This document shows, piece after piece, positions 1 to 15,845 of a stretch of 64,000 nucleotides of DNA. The DNA is taken from the NCBI RefSeq assembly GCF_009914755.1, contig NC_060927.1; one strand, written 5' to 3'. Under the pieces are notes generated by a model. The model was given only the letters and a program-made list of their open reading frames with translations, was not told the origin of the DNA and did no database searches. The stretch comes from the human T2T-CHM13v2.0 reference genome, Homo sapiens. Position 1 is the first letter of the stretch, and each line of letters begins with the position of its first letter. The position numbers were made by a program, and so were the translations under genes.

Positions 1-302
1 CTAAAAGTGACTAAGCACTCAGTTTCTGAACTGACCTCACTATGAACTAGTAACTCATCATTTGGGAAAGGGAACTGGTCCACAGACCACATTTGGAGAA
101 GCACTCACAGATTGTCCAAACTCCACAAAGGTGCGGAGGGAATTAGGTGCCCAGAACAACTAGAACGAGGCCATGAAATACATCTGGATTCTCCATTTTC
201 CATATGTTTTTCTGTCTGCCTCTTGTACTCTTAAACCTCATGGCAGAATGGCTTTCTCTGGGCTGTAGAAAACACGACCAACAGCTCTTTAGGTTTTGTG
301 TC

Positions 303-556
<254 letters not shown>

Positions 557-1005
557 TAAGGGACCTGGATTTAGAGTCTGACTTTCCCACGGTATGATTC
601 ATCCATTTTGCTGTCTTCTTAGTTCTCATGGAAGGAAGCAACTTAATACACACAGCTTGGGAGGATGCCAGACATTCTTCTCCACCAAACGTGACATTCT
701 GTGGCTGGGCACGCTGGCTATTTAAAGGTTCCCTTCCCACATCTGAGCCCCAGTGTAGAGACATCATGTTTGGCTGACAGGTAGAGGGAGACAGGCTAGG
801 CATATTCTGTACACTTTGTTGGTGGGCCTGTAACATGGTCCTCTTTCTAGAAACCATGTTTAGTAATAGTATCAAAAGCTTTAAAAATGTCTTTTGCCCT
901 TCTAATAATTACACTTTGAGGATCCTCTCTTAGGGAACTGAAAGGCCATCAGAGATTTATGCCCAAATATATCTGCTACAGTTTAACTGTAAAAATAAAA
1001 ATTAG

Positions 1006-1232
1006 GCCAGCCTGGGCAACATGGCGAAACTCCATGTTTACAAGAAATACAAAAATCAGCCAGGTGTGGTGGTGTGCACCTGTAGTCCCAGCTACTTGGG
1101 AGGCTGAGGTGGGAGGATCATCTGAGCCCAGGGAGGTCGAGGCTGCAGTGAGAGGAGATCGTGCCACTGCACTCCAGCCTGGGTGACAGAGAGAGACCCT
1201 GTCTCAAAAATAAATAAATAAATAAAATAAAA
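1006..1232 (+). mobile_element. 5'-truncated Alu (AluJ-like)
   Basis: CCAGCCTGGGCAACATGG...GAGCCCAGGGAGGTCGAGGCTGCAGTGAG, (AAAT)n tail. Confidence 0.9.
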
Positions 1233-1487
1233 ATTAGGAATGACCTGAATGTCCAATATATAGGAATAAGTAGATAATAGAAAATGAAGTGAAAGTGATC
1301 CCAATTTATTAAAATTATGTTTATAGTGTTTTTAGTAGTATGGAAAAAAATATATATATTAGGGTAAAATATCAGGATACAGTAGATTACATATTTAAGG
1401 AAAAAACACTAAGAAAAAAGACTGGCAAGAAATAGGCTAAAATGTTCATAGTGGATGTCTCTGAGTAGTGCTACTTAAGGTGATTAA

Positions 1488-1838
<351 letters not shown>

Positions 1839-2299
1839 TAAGGAGAACATATTACTTTGATAATCAGGGAAAATGACGTTAAATATTTTAAAAAGGGGAA
1901 AAAAAGATAGGGCAGTTGCCTATTTTAGGTTGGGCCCCAAAACGAAGCTGGCGGGTCACTCGGGGGTTAGGTCTAGGCTTCAGGCTCAGCAGTTTGATTT
2001 CCTTGGCTCCTTGAGCAGATCTGGGCCAGGATCCCTGGCTCGTGCTCACAAGCAGACACAGAGCCCAACTCAGTGTGGGCTCTCGTGCATGCGTTGAGTG
2101 CCTGCGATTATCAACTCCCATTTCAACAGGTTACATTGTTTTTCTTTCCTCTTAAAAAAATTGGTTTTTAACATGCCCAGGGTAAAACCTCTGAAGTGGG
2201 TAGCATTTTCTGATTCCATCCTAGATCTGGGGAAATCCCTGTGATAGCAAAGAATAGGCAAAGTGGCTGAAAAGAAAATGGGTCATAAGGCTGAGGCTA

Positions 2300-2955
2300 T
2301 GCATTCCCCACAACCCAGAAATTCCACTCCCAGATATGTAACCTGGGCAGACCCATACATGTGCATGAATATTCATTATGGCATTTCTTTGTAACAGTGA
2401 AAAATTGGAAACAACACCAAAATAAATGAACTCCCATTAGCATGGAGGAATCCCACGTCAAAAGTATTGAGCAAAAAAACAGCAAATAACAGTTTGATTC
2501 CATTAATATTAATATTATATTTATTTGCTATTATATTTCATGTTATCTATTTATTATTATACAAGATATTATAATTTATTAATATTATATTAGTTTATAA
2601 TTTATTAATATTATATTAGCTTATACTATGTTAATATTATTTACAATGATTCTATTAAGTTAAACATGTGCTCGAATACCATTGATTATTTATGGATATC
2701 CACATATGTGGTAAAAGTAAAAAGTCATGTATGAGAATAATCAACGTGGAATTCCCGAGAGCGGTTGCCTCTGGGCATAGAGGGAGGGAAATGAAACGAG
2801 GGAGTGGTCCATGGAGAGTTCAATGGTATCTGTGAGGTTTGTGTCTTAAAAAAAATATCTGAAGCGAATATGGAAAAGAATGTTAAGACTTGACAAAGTC
2901 TGGTGGTGGGTACATGTAATTCCCTAGACTCTGCATTCTTGGAATATTCCATAAT
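2300..2955 (+). mobile_element. Old L1 (L1M-type) 3' end fragment with AT-rich insert
   Basis: CCAGAAATTCCACTCCCAGATATGTAACC...GCATTTCTTTGTAACAGTGAAAAATTGGAAACAAC resembles L1M 3' sequence. Confidence 0.6.
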
Positions 2956-4034
2956 AAAAAATAAATAAAGTTAAAAAATGGAAAGTAGGACACCAACTCA
3001 GAAAGTGCATGAGACGGGCGGAGAAGACACAGGGGAGGAGTGGGCTGGTGGGCCCTTCTGGTGTGAATCTGGACATGGTGACATGGGGCGTGGAGGGCAC
3101 CTGGGCACCAGAGCTGACTTGTGGGGTGCGTGTGCCCAGCCCTGCTAACCACAACATGCGATGCCTCTTTCCCTTCTTTTTCTGGCTGTACTTCTTAGAC
3201 CTGCGGTCTGCTGGGAATTGAAAGTCTCAGCAGCAAGGCTTTGGTGCTGGACCATCTTGTTCTGAGGTGTGCTGCCTGCCCTAAGTACCTCCCTGGGTGG
3301 CTCCAGCCTTTGTACTCCAGGGCTGATGTAAGAACAGCACAAGTTCATGCTCACCTCCCACGAAGGGATGGAGGAAGCTTTGGGGCCTGGAGATCCTGAT
3401 TTTATTTTACTTCCTCAGGCTTTACTAAGTGCTCAGATAATTCATGGAAGTCTCCACTGTCCTGGTCATATGCGCTTATTAATCTGCCTGGTCTCGTCCT
3501 TTTTATTCTTAATAACAACGTGTCCAGTTCAGTTCTATGTCAACATTCCAAGAAAATCCAGACTGAGCCTCCTCCTCACCAGTGCTCCTGTCTAGTCCTG
3601 GAGGCAGGGGACCTGCTCTGGAATCTCAGCTCATGCAGCAAGTACCCGGATGACTTTAGGCAAATCATGTCACCTCGCTAGATCTCCCTCTCTTCCTCTG
3701 GTACATGGGGCATCCATACCTGCCTCACCAGGTTGGTATGATGTCATGGTTGCATAATGTATCATTTGTCACAGTTCCAAGCGCGCTGTCTGCATGAGAA
3801 CTGGCAGACTGAGTTTGCCTAGCACAGACACAAAGCATTGATTTACCTTTCCCTAGGGTCAGATTTGGCACTCAGCATTGCAGGCCTTTCAGATTCTGGT
3901 TGTCTCTTTCTTCTCACCAAGCTACCCTTCCTCCTCCTTCCTTCACTCCCAGCCGTTCTTTCCCAAGTTACCTCTCTCAGATTCCTGCAGAAAAGCCTGA
4001 GTGCCAGCCTCCAGCTCTGGATAAGATTCTCCAA

Positions 4035-4175
4035 GAGTGGTTCTCAATCTTGCAGAAACTCAGAATCTCCTAGGAGCTCAAAACAACACCACCACCAACA
4101 ACAACACCTCTTCTCCAAGCCGCAGACTCAGGAAATGTGATTCATTCAATCTGCCTGGGGTGGTCTAGGCATAGT
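4035..4175. mobile_element. MER5-like hAT-Charlie fragment
   Basis: AGTGGTTCTCAA terminus followed by CAGAATCTCCTAGGAGCT. Confidence 0.5.
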
Positions 4176-4349
4176 ACTTTCTTTACCTTCTATCGCATTA
4201 GGTGAGCCTACTGTCTGTACTAAGATTCTGATCTGTAAACACCAGACTTTCCTCTTGGGCTCCTGAGGAGCTCCCCCACCATCCTAACAATGGGAAGGAG
4301 CTATCACACCTTCATTTTTTCGGTTTCTCAAATTCTTTCCCAAGCCACC

Positions 4350-4473
4350 GCCCGGTGCAGTGGCTCACGCCTGTAATCCCAGCACTTTGGGAACTCAGGC
4401 AGGAGGATTGCTTAAGGCCAGGAGTTCAAGACCAGCCTGGCTAACGTAATGAGACTCTGTCTCTATTAAAAAA
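4350..4473 (+). mobile_element. Free left Alu monomer (FLAM-like)
   Basis: Single Alu left arm ending GTCTCTATTAAAAAA. Confidence 0.8.
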
Positions 4474-5850
4474 GTAAGAGAAAACGTTTAAAAAGAAAAC
4501 ATTTAATAATTTGCATGTTTTTCACAAAGTTCTTCCCTAATTTTACCTTGGATAACTTGTGTGGTAGGCAGAACAGAAATAACCTCCAGGCTGTCTCAAA
4601 GGGTGAAATGGCTTTTCCTCCCAGGGCCCATATGTGCTTCTGATCTGCTTGCCCTGGGACCTAGTTGCCCTCCTGCCTGTGGAGCTCACTCTTACCACAG
4701 ATCTGAAATAAACAGCCCAAATTAAACCCAGCTACATAAAGCCATCATCTTAGACTGTGAAGAATTTGTATTTAAGGGATATTTCCTATTTATTTTGGGC
4801 TTGTGTCTCCTAAGACATTGATGCTGAGTGTGGCTAAAGATTTTGAGCAGGCCCTGGCGTGTGGTCCTTGAAGGCACTGCAGGCTCGAGGGTCCCTCTGG
4901 AATCTTCCACCTTAGCCACGTCCTCCTCTCTGCGGCTCCTCCTGGCTCAGTGGGCTCCCCCGTTGTGCATGACACAGCAAGCCTCTGAGGCTCGGACTCT
5001 CTTGGGCTGCTTCTCCCTATTCCAGGTACAGACTCCAGGCTAATGGAGGATCTGGAGCCTAAAGAGCGGAAGAGACTTACCCCAAATCACACAGCTGTGG
5101 TCACAGCAATTGAAAATGGTGTGGCGGGAGGGGCAGTGCTTGGAACTCTTGGCTTTGGTTCACACTTGTCTAGAGGCCTAGGCTAGGAGGTTGGGTCTGG
5201 AGCCACATACTTATCTCAACAGCATTTAGCTTTCAATGAGCAGCATGGCTAAAGTCTTACTTCTAGTTAAATAAGGTGGTGACACCCTGGAAGTTTCCAC
5301 AAGCCTCTGGCTAAGAACTGGTTATAAAAGGTAAAGCAGAGGCTCATTTCCAGTTGAATACTCATCCCAGGATGGGAATAGAGGCATCTTAGACAGAAAG
5401 GGGAAACAGAAGTACCAAGGAAGTTTGGCTGAAATTTGGGGAAGATACTGACAAATTGAGTATAACTGACTATATATATTTTGATATTTGGTTAAACTTT
5501 TGATGGGTTGGTACAATTTCATTCTTTGCTTCCCTACTCCTGCAAAACAACTTTTTATATAGCATGTTCTGATGTCTTACACCATTTGAGCTTCACAACA
5601 CCCATAGTTGAGGTGATCATTGCTGTTTTATGGATAAGGGATCTGAGGGTCAGAGAGGGGCTGGCTTCTGCTCGGGGTCGTGGCTGAGTTGTCGGAGAAG
5701 CTGGGACTAGCTGTGGCTCTCTCCTCTCTAGCATCCTGCCTCTAGTTGTTCAGCTTTGGACCAACTAGGTTTTCACTTCACCGTGACACATCGGTGTGGT
5801 GAGTTTCAGAGCAAGGATTTACAAAAGGGGATACTGTTATACTGGACCCC

Positions 5851-6295
5851 TGTTAATGTCAACAGGGACAGCACCAGGCTTGACAAGCCAAAAAAGAGAC
5901 CCAGAACCAGCGAATGAGACACATGGTTTTATTAGGGGGAATTACACACAGGGATGGTGCAGTGGCGGCAGGCTGAACAGAACTGCCACAGCCTCCAGAA
6001 AGCGTGCAGTTAACACAACATTTTTACCTCATATGCTCCCCTTAATGACCTCCACCTGGCAACCTCCATTTAACCCAAAACAAAGAGCTTCAGTCCCCTG
6101 TATGGTCCACCTTCGATTGGATGGCTGAGGGCTCAGATGTTCCTCATAGGTAAGGAATGACTCTCTGGGTTGGCCACACTCAGAACTCTGAACACATATT
6201 CAAGTGTATCTGCCATACAGAGCCATTCTCTGTGTATGCTTAAGAAGTTATTGCTATCAGGCATGTCTACCATACAAAGGTGTGTCTACCATACA
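5851..6295 (-). mobile_element. Solo ERV LTR (family uncertain)
   Basis: TG...CA termini, minus-strand AATAAA (TTTATT ~5928), duplicated terminal TGTCTACCATACA. Confidence 0.55.
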
Positions 6296-7303
6296 AGGGG
6301 CTTGGAAGGGGTCTTGGGAAGAAAAATATGAGTTCAATATGGTGCCTGCAGAATTGGCAAATACGTGACTCCAGTAAAACCACCCAGGGCAGACATCAGT
6401 AATCTATCAGGACATTCCTTCCCATTAAGCCTGAACATGGCTTCTTAAGACTCTGATCCAGGCAGCCATGAACGTTCAGCAGAGCGGGAACTCCTGTTAA
6501 TGAGGCCTAGCCTTACTGAATGCCTGCTATGTGCCAGGCACTTGCTACCTTCACTATCGCAGTACTTCTGCGTAACTCCAAGCAGCAGGCACTGTTAACC
6601 TCATTTTACAGATGAGCAAACAGGCTTAGAGAAGTTTCTATCTTGTCTCTCCAGAATGAATCTAAGATTTGAACCTAGGCAGTACAACTCCAGAGGGACA
6701 GCTTTGTTTTCAGCTCTTTGTTGCCTTCCACCCCTGATCTGCTACTACTGCCTGCTGCCTTTCTAGGTGCAGAGTCAATGTGACTTGAGGGCGAGAATGA
6801 GTTCACATCTCCTGGCTGCTCCTCTAGCTCCCCTAATGGTACACAGCCAATGGTCACAGGCCTCATTTCACAGAAGGAAGCACAGATGGGCTGTGACATT
6901 CCAAGGAAACAGCTTAAATGACGGGAAGAAATGGAAATGGGAATAGTTAATTTCCCAACCCAGACCTCTAGGTCAGCCCAGGGACCCCAGGGACTGGGGA
7001 AGTTTTAAAAAATGCCTCTTCTTGTTCCTCAAAGCCTAACATGGTTTAATTTTACAAATACACCTAGGGCCTGGGTCTGAAGAGTAACACAAGCAATAGC
7101 TCTGCCTAAAACCTATCTTGGATTTTGTACAAGAAAGTTGTGAAGAAGTAAGAGTGACTGGTGTTAAATGATCATCTCATAGGAATTACTACAGAATTTG
7201 ACCATCAGCCTGGGCTCCTTTTTGTGCTTCCTGGGACCATCTAAATTAGTAGTTACAACGTTAAGTTACAATGCTAAATTGGAAAAATAAAAGGAGTTTT
7301 CAG

Positions 7304-7304
<1 letters not shown>

Positions 7305-7340
<36 letters not shown>
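7305..7340. repeat. (TG)18 microsatellite
   Basis: Direct reading. Confidence 0.97.
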
Positions 7341-7341
<1 letters not shown>

Positions 7342-7385
7342 TAATCTATCAAGCTTCTTTAGGAGAAAAACATTAGTTGATTACA

Positions 7386-7674
<289 letters not shown>

Positions 7675-7989
7675 GATTACACTTTAAATACTATGTTTGC
7701 TGTTTCTAAACAGGCATAAAATGGGCTTACTGTTAAAAATGTGGAATCAAATCTGAAAAAAACCCACAAGGATAGTGTCTTTTTCATCTCTGTTGGTCTT
7801 AAAAACATTAAAAACGACAACCTAATTAGCTACGTCATTTTCTTTTGACTGTGGGCAGGTGGCTTTCTTTCTGGTATTCTAGAGAAGGATTAAGGATCTA
7901 AATAGATTTGCAGATAGACTGGTACAAATGTCTCCATTGTCTGCCTCCTAGGGATGGAGATCAAGAATCCCTACAGGTGGTTTATGAGG

Positions 7990-8441
7990 TGTACCGGTTT
8001 GAATATAACCCCACAAGATCCATATCCTCCTGGAAGCTGTGAATGTGACCTTCCTTGGAAATAGGGCCTTTACATATGCAATCAAGTGAAGATGAGGTGA
8101 TATAGGATTAGGGTAGATAGACCCTAAATGAAAAGCTTGGTGTCCCTATAAGGAGAGAGAGACACAGGGGAAAAGGCCGTGTGATAACACACAGGCAGGG
8201 ATTGGAGTGATGCAGCTACAAGCCCAGGGGAGACAAGGATCCATGGCCACCACCAGAAGCTGGGAAGAGCCAGGGAAAGGATTCTCCCCTAGAGACTTCA
8301 GAGGCAGCATGGCCCTGCTGACACCTTGATTTTGGACTTCCAGCCTCCAGAAGTGAATAGATTTCAGAACAGAATAGATTTCGATTATTTTCAGGCACCA
8401 AGTTTGTGGTACTTTGTTATGGCAGCCCTAGAAATGAACAC
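7990..8441 (+). mobile_element. MLT1 (MaLR) solo LTR
   Basis: GAATGTGACCTTCCTTGGAAATAGGG...GACACCTTGATTTTGGACTTCCAGCCTCCAGAA...TTTGTTATGGCAGCCCTAG. Confidence 0.85.
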
Positions 8442-8835
8442 ATAAGGGAATCTGGAATGGAATTTGGACTAACACTCATTCCAGACTTTCTTTCTGAGAC
8501 CTTGAAAGTGATACCTCGATGTGGGTGAAGTGCTTGTTTTCCAGGCAGTCTCTCATTTCATCAAGTGCTGAGAAAATGGAGCCCAAACGGAGTGTGGCGG
8601 TTTTTGAAGTCAAGAATAGGCAACATCCACGAAGGCTTTTCTTTTGTTACCTGATTTCCATATTAGCTGATCTGGGAACTAGAATCACTTTTAGTTGGGA
8701 AAAACGGCTGCTCTTCCTAGAGATCTGAGCTGACTCAATAGAATAGCACTGAGAGGTTTGCTTCTGGCATGACAAGTGTTTACTGAGCAGCCAGGAGGGG
8801 CGCCTGCCTGCCTCTACTTAAGGAAGAGAGTCTGG

Positions 8836-9007
8836 CAATGGTGTTCAACCTGGCACATTGGAAGTACCTGGGGAGCTTTAAAAATTACCAGTGTCTGGGT
8901 CCCACCCGCAAGGCACCGATTTAACTAGTGTGGAGTGCCACCTGGCATCAGGAGCTTTAAAGCACCCCCAGGTGATTCTAATGTACAATCGGGGCTGAGA
9001 AGCACTG
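8836..9007. mobile_element. MER5-like MITE
   Basis: CACCTGGGGAGCTT-type left end (here TACCTGGGGAGCTTTAAAAA) and CCCCAGGTGATTCTAATG...TGAGAAGCACTG right end. Confidence 0.75.
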
Positions 9008-9790
9008 ACAGAAGCACCTCTAGATTCCAGGCCCTTGGAAGGAATATTTCCAATGACTAAAGTAAATTAAGGAAAATTAGCAAAGACATTAAAATATATA
9101 TCAAAGAGAGAGAAAAACATAAACAAATGTGACATTCAAGATGCAGTTAAACTCTGTAGTGAGCTTCTCCAATATTTAAACAATGCAGCAGCTGTTTTGG
9201 AAAGCATGGTCCCACCAAATGCAGCTCTGAGGTCCGTGGAGCGAGTTTGGATGGTTTTCTTTGTTGGAGCCCTCGGCACAATGCCTGGCACAGAGCAGTC
9301 TTCAAGGAACATTGGCCAATGTTTGTCTCTTTAAGTCAAAGAGAAAGCCATAGTTCAGATATTTCTTGGCAACCTCTTTTCTTCTCCAAAGAAGCCTGGA
9401 TCATCTAAATTATCCCCCAAAGCTTTCTTCATTCTTAAGAAGGCGCATCGAATTCTTTTAAATTAAATAGTTAATGACCATTTGCTGAAGTTCCTGGATT
9501 CATTTTAGATGGGCTAAACTGGTGGTTCAGAAGAGTTGGGCACTCTTATATGGCATGTGAGCACTACCCTGACTAATCCACATATATAGTTTAGGCCACT
9601 GTATATATGGATTAGGCCAATTGAAGGGACTTTAATGTTTCATGCTTTAATTAATCCTAAGGGGCTGTCAGTGTGTAAGTTTGCTGGTGTGACATACTGC
9701 TGATCACCTTTGTGATTTATTTGCTCCCAACTTCTTAATCAGAAACAAAACATCCAATTATCCTATTGTTATTATAAGAAAATACAACAC

Positions 9791-10179
<389 letters not shown>

Positions 10180-11785
10180 CTATTCTTGTATGAACTATTA
10201 GGTGCTATGTGGACACAGTTTAAGGAAGGGATGAGTGTGGAGTGGAAACGTCTACCACACTGAAGTAGGTGGCTGTGTTTCGAGCTTAATCTTTGTGATA
10301 TAGTATCACTGCTAGCATATCTTTTTTGTTTCTGAGTAGGTATGTTTGACTCCAAAAACTTGGTAAGGACCAGACAAGGGAGGTCAATTAGAGTTAAATG
10401 TGTTTGCCAAAGCTGATGGTAGCGACCGCTTGGGCTACTGGGTTGAAAATAGTCCTGAGGCCAAATCCACGTGTAGAGGGAGAGAGTACTAAGATTGATC
10501 AGCAATGTCTCAGAGCACATGGAGGAGAGAATGGAAGCAAGAATGCCAGGCAGTTATGATGATCTTCTTAGATCCTTTTTTTGGAAGACAAGAGCTCTTG
10601 GTTGGCCAGTTGGCCTTGTCCTAGTCAAAGGAAGTGCCATTTATTTTCTAAGCAACTATGTGCACCACGAAATTCAGTGTGTGGTGCAAAGCCAGGTGAC
10701 CCTTGGCTAAAAGCCCCAGTTGAAAGGTTCCCAAAGAAGGTGAAGAATTTAGTACAATCACTCTCTATGGCCACTTATTCTATTTTTATTCATTCATCAT
10801 GCAGAATTTTTCTGTTTGTGAGGTATTTAAGAACATGGCACAAGAAGCCAAGCTGTTTCAAAGAATAATGGTCAATGTCCATTATCCATGTCCAGGCTTG
10901 TGATCACTGGCCCTTTAGAAAGCTGCGCATGACACTCCTGTTCCACCCCCTCTTATATCCCAGCACTCAGCAGCATGAGGCACGGTCAGCAGCAGCCCAT
11001 ACCACACCTTTGTGGGAATTTGAAAAACAGATCTCCTCTAGGTTATAGCCCCATGGAACACAGCTTGGCAAGCAGACCTGGGTTGGTTTTCATTTCCCAC
11101 TCACCCCGTGACATGGGTCCTTTTGCATGCCACCACCATCAAGACCACATATGGCCACCTTGCCTTCATACTAAGAAATCTAATTTAATTCATGACCAAT
11201 AGCCATCGCCCCCAAATAAATTACAATAACTTTGTGAAAAGCCTGTAGGAATAAACACAATTATATGCATTCATTATCATCACCCATTAAAAACCATAAG
11301 TACCAAAGGTCACAAATCCCTGACTTAGATATTTGGGAGTCCCAAGGCATCACGAGACTGAGTGATTGAAAATTTCATTGTGTGTCATGAACAAAGCTGA
11401 ACCCTGTACAGTCTAGTGGCCCAAAGTCCATATCAAACAGAAGCAAATGTTTGCTAAGCTGAATAGGCTAGTGAGTAATTCAAAGACGGTTGGAAGGAAA
11501 TATCATAAACCTTTGTTCATGCAGAATGCAAAGGCCTGGCAAAAGGACGCTGAGTGAGCCAGGTTTGAATAGGCTGTTACTTTAATGAAGAAGTAATAGG
11601 GAATCTGGCCATCTGGAGGGTGTGGCAGTTACTTTGAAAAGAAGCTCTAATTTGCATAAGCAAGTACTGAATGAGGGAATTTTGGATTCAGATGTCTGTG
11701 GAATGGCTCTGCTGGTTTGGAGCCTTAGGCAGGTGGGACATAGATTTTGGGACCGGTCATTTATTTTAATGTGCGTTATATGGAC

Positions 11786-11858
11786 GTGTGTGGGTGTGTG
11801 TTTGCATGTGGGGGTGTGTGTGTGTGTGTGTGTGCATGTGCGTGCACATGTGCATGTG
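11786..11858. repeat. Imperfect (TG)n/(TGCA)n tract
   Basis: Direct reading. Confidence 0.85.
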
Positions 11859-12053
11859 ATTTGGGTGATAGAGGCATTGAATTAGCCCACATTTATCCCC
11901 ACTCATGGGCTAATCCTTCTTCTCTTCTCTCTTCCTAATTCCAGTTAATGGTGGCTCTATCATTCCCTTTGTCCTCTAAGCCAGAGATTCAGAAGTAATG
12001 CTAGATGCTTCCCTCTCCCTCACTTTAATCTGTTACTCATAACTTAAATTTGC

Positions 12054-12407
<354 letters not shown>

Positions 12408-12544
12408 TCAAATCTCATTTTATATCATCTATAGCATTGAAACAGCCTTCTAGCTGCTACCAATCTTTCCCAGTGATGTATCCACTCCTTAGTCACAAGA
12501 TGACCTTTCCAAATGATGGGTTTGATTGTGCCTCTCCCATTCCT

Positions 12545-14480
12545 TTGTATGCACCAGACTCTGTTCTAGATCCTGAGGGTGTAGCAGTGGCCCAGACAGT
12601 CAGGATTCCTGCCCACATGGAACTTAACTTGTTGTGGAGGGAGGGAGGACAGACAGTAAACAAGATAAGGCAGTAAAACAGAAAGCATGTCAGAAGGGTG
12701 AGAGGTGCTTTGGAGAAACATAAAGCAAGAAAGCGGGTTAGGGAGTTCTGTCGGGGGAGTGGCTGTGATTTTAAATAGGGTGGTGAAGGAGGGCCTCGCT
12801 GAGAAGGGACATTTGATTAAAGTCTTTAAGGAGTTCAGAGAGTGAGCCTTGCTGATTTAAGGAGGAAGAGTGCAAAGGCCCCGAGGTCACAGCACGTATG
12901 GTCTCCACTTAAGGATGAGCCAGGAGGTTGGTATGTTTGGAGAAGGGGAGATGGGAAGCCAAGGTGAGAGACGTGAGGAGAGCCAGGTCACAGAGGGCCT
13001 TGGAAGCCAGTGTCACACCTGAGTGAGATGGGAAATAGATTGGAAGGTTCTGAGAACAGAGTAGCCTGCTCTGGCTCATCTCATAATGAGGTCACTCTGG
13101 CTGCTGCGTTGGGAGTAGGGGGTAAAAGTGGAAGCAAACAGACCACTAGAAGGGCTACTGCAGGAATCCAGGTGAGAGTTGATAGTGATTTGGATGAGGT
13201 GGTGGTCCTGGAGGTGGAGAGGTGGTCAGATTTTTGACAACTTGAAGGTAAAGGTCACAGGATTTGTTGACGGTTTGAATGAAATAGATGAGAGGAGTCA
13301 AGGGTGACCACTTTGGCCTGAGGAACTGGAAGGATGAAGTTACAGTTCCTGAGATGACAAAGACTGGGAGGAATGAGTTTTAGGGACAGCTCATGAGTTC
13401 AGTTTTTTGTTTGCTTGTTTATTTTTTGAGACGCAGTCTTGCTCTGTCACCTAGGCTGGAGTGCAGTGGCGTGATCTCGGTTCACTGAGACCTCTACCTC
13501 CCAGGTTCAAGCGATTCTCCTGCCTCAGCCTCCCGAGTAGCCGGGATTACAGGCATGCACCACCACACCTGGCTGGTTTTTTGTACTTTTAGTAGAGATG
13601 GGGTTTCACCATGTTGGCCAGGCTAGTCTCAAACTCCTGACCTCAGGTGATCTACCCGCCTCGGCCTTCCAAAGCGCTGGGATTACAGGCGTGCGCCACC
13701 ATGCCCGGCCGATGAGTTCCGTTTTGAACACGTGAAGTCTGAGATGCCTTTAGAGATCCAAGTGGAAATGTCAGGCGAGCAGTTGGACGTACGTATCTGA
13801 AAATCAGGGGGGGTGTATGTGTCAGATATATACATTTGGGAGTCAACAGCTTATAGATGGAATTTAAAAGCATGAAACAGAATGAGATCCCTGAGATAAC
13901 AGGGGTAGATAGAGAAGATGTCCAAAGACTGAGCTTTGGGTAACTTCAAGATAAAGAGATCCAGAGAGGAGGAGGGACCAGCAAAGACTGGGAAAGAACA
14001 GGAGGAAAGGTTGGGGGAAAGCTAGCAGAGAGCCCTGGTAACCTAAAGCCAAAAAAATAAGCGCTTAGAGGAGGACGATGTCATTAACCAGGTCAAGGGC
14101 TGCTGATAGGTCTAGCAAGGTGGACACTGGAGAACTGACAAAATGCAGTTAGCCAGAGGCAAAGAATGACCTTTGCAAAGCAGAGGCCATTGTTTTGATG
14201 GTGTTCCGGGGTGAAAACGCAGTTGAAGTGAGTGTAGTAGAGAATGGGAGAATGGAAATTGGAAGGTGCCAGAATTCATAACGTTTTTAGGAGTTTTGCC
14301 ATAAAGAGAGAGAAGTGAAGTGGTAGCTGGAGGGGGAAATGAGGTTGAAAGCTTTTTTGGTGAGTGGGGGACAGGAGAAATAATTGCCCGTGTTTATACG
14401 CAGTGGAGAGGTCCAGGAGAGAAGGGAGCATGGCTAGAGAGATGGGATTGAGCAGAGGGGTGGAGGAGCTGGCCTTTGCT
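12545..14480 (-). mobile_element. L2 LINE fragment, interrupted by an Alu
   Basis: L2 hallmarks GAGTTCAGTTTT, GAGATGCCTTTAGAGATCCAAGTGGAAATGTCAGG, GCAAAGGCCCCGAGG. Confidence 0.8.
13403..13710 (-). mobile_element. Alu (AluSx-like) inserted in L2
   Basis: TSD ATGAGTTCAGTTTT (13393) / ATGAGTTCCGTTTT (13712). Confidence 0.93.
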
Positions 14481-15019
14481 GGGAGAGGGCAGATTCTCTA
14501 TAAAAGACTGGGAGATAAAAGTAAGTAGGTTGATGTGATGGGGGTTCTTTTGGAAGGTCACAGCTGCCCAAAGACCCCTCAGCGGCTCCCCATGGTGCCC
14601 TGCGTGACAGAGTTTACGGACCTCAGCTCCAGGTTCTATCTCCCTGCCCTCAACTCTTGCCCTTTCTTAACCCCTGCTGCCCCGTCCCAAGTCTGCATTT
14701 ACACACGTGGTTGTGTGGAGCACTCTTGCTCTCTTTGTCCTGCCCAATCTTTAAGACCTAATGTCACCTCCTCTGTTCCTCTGGGTTCCCACCATAATCT
14801 GCTCAGATCTGCACTTTATCATAGCACCTTATCACTTGTCATTTTTATTTACTCATTAGCCTTCCGTGCAGGTGATCTCCTTGAGGGCAGATGTTTTGCC
14901 TTCTTATTTGTCTGTATTCACAGCCAACCCCTCCCCCAGGACAGTGTCTGGCACAGGGAAGGAAATAAAAATCAGGTACCCAGGAAACCACAAGTGGTTC
15001 TACGTATACTTTTTACGTA

Positions 15020-15845
<826 letters not shown>

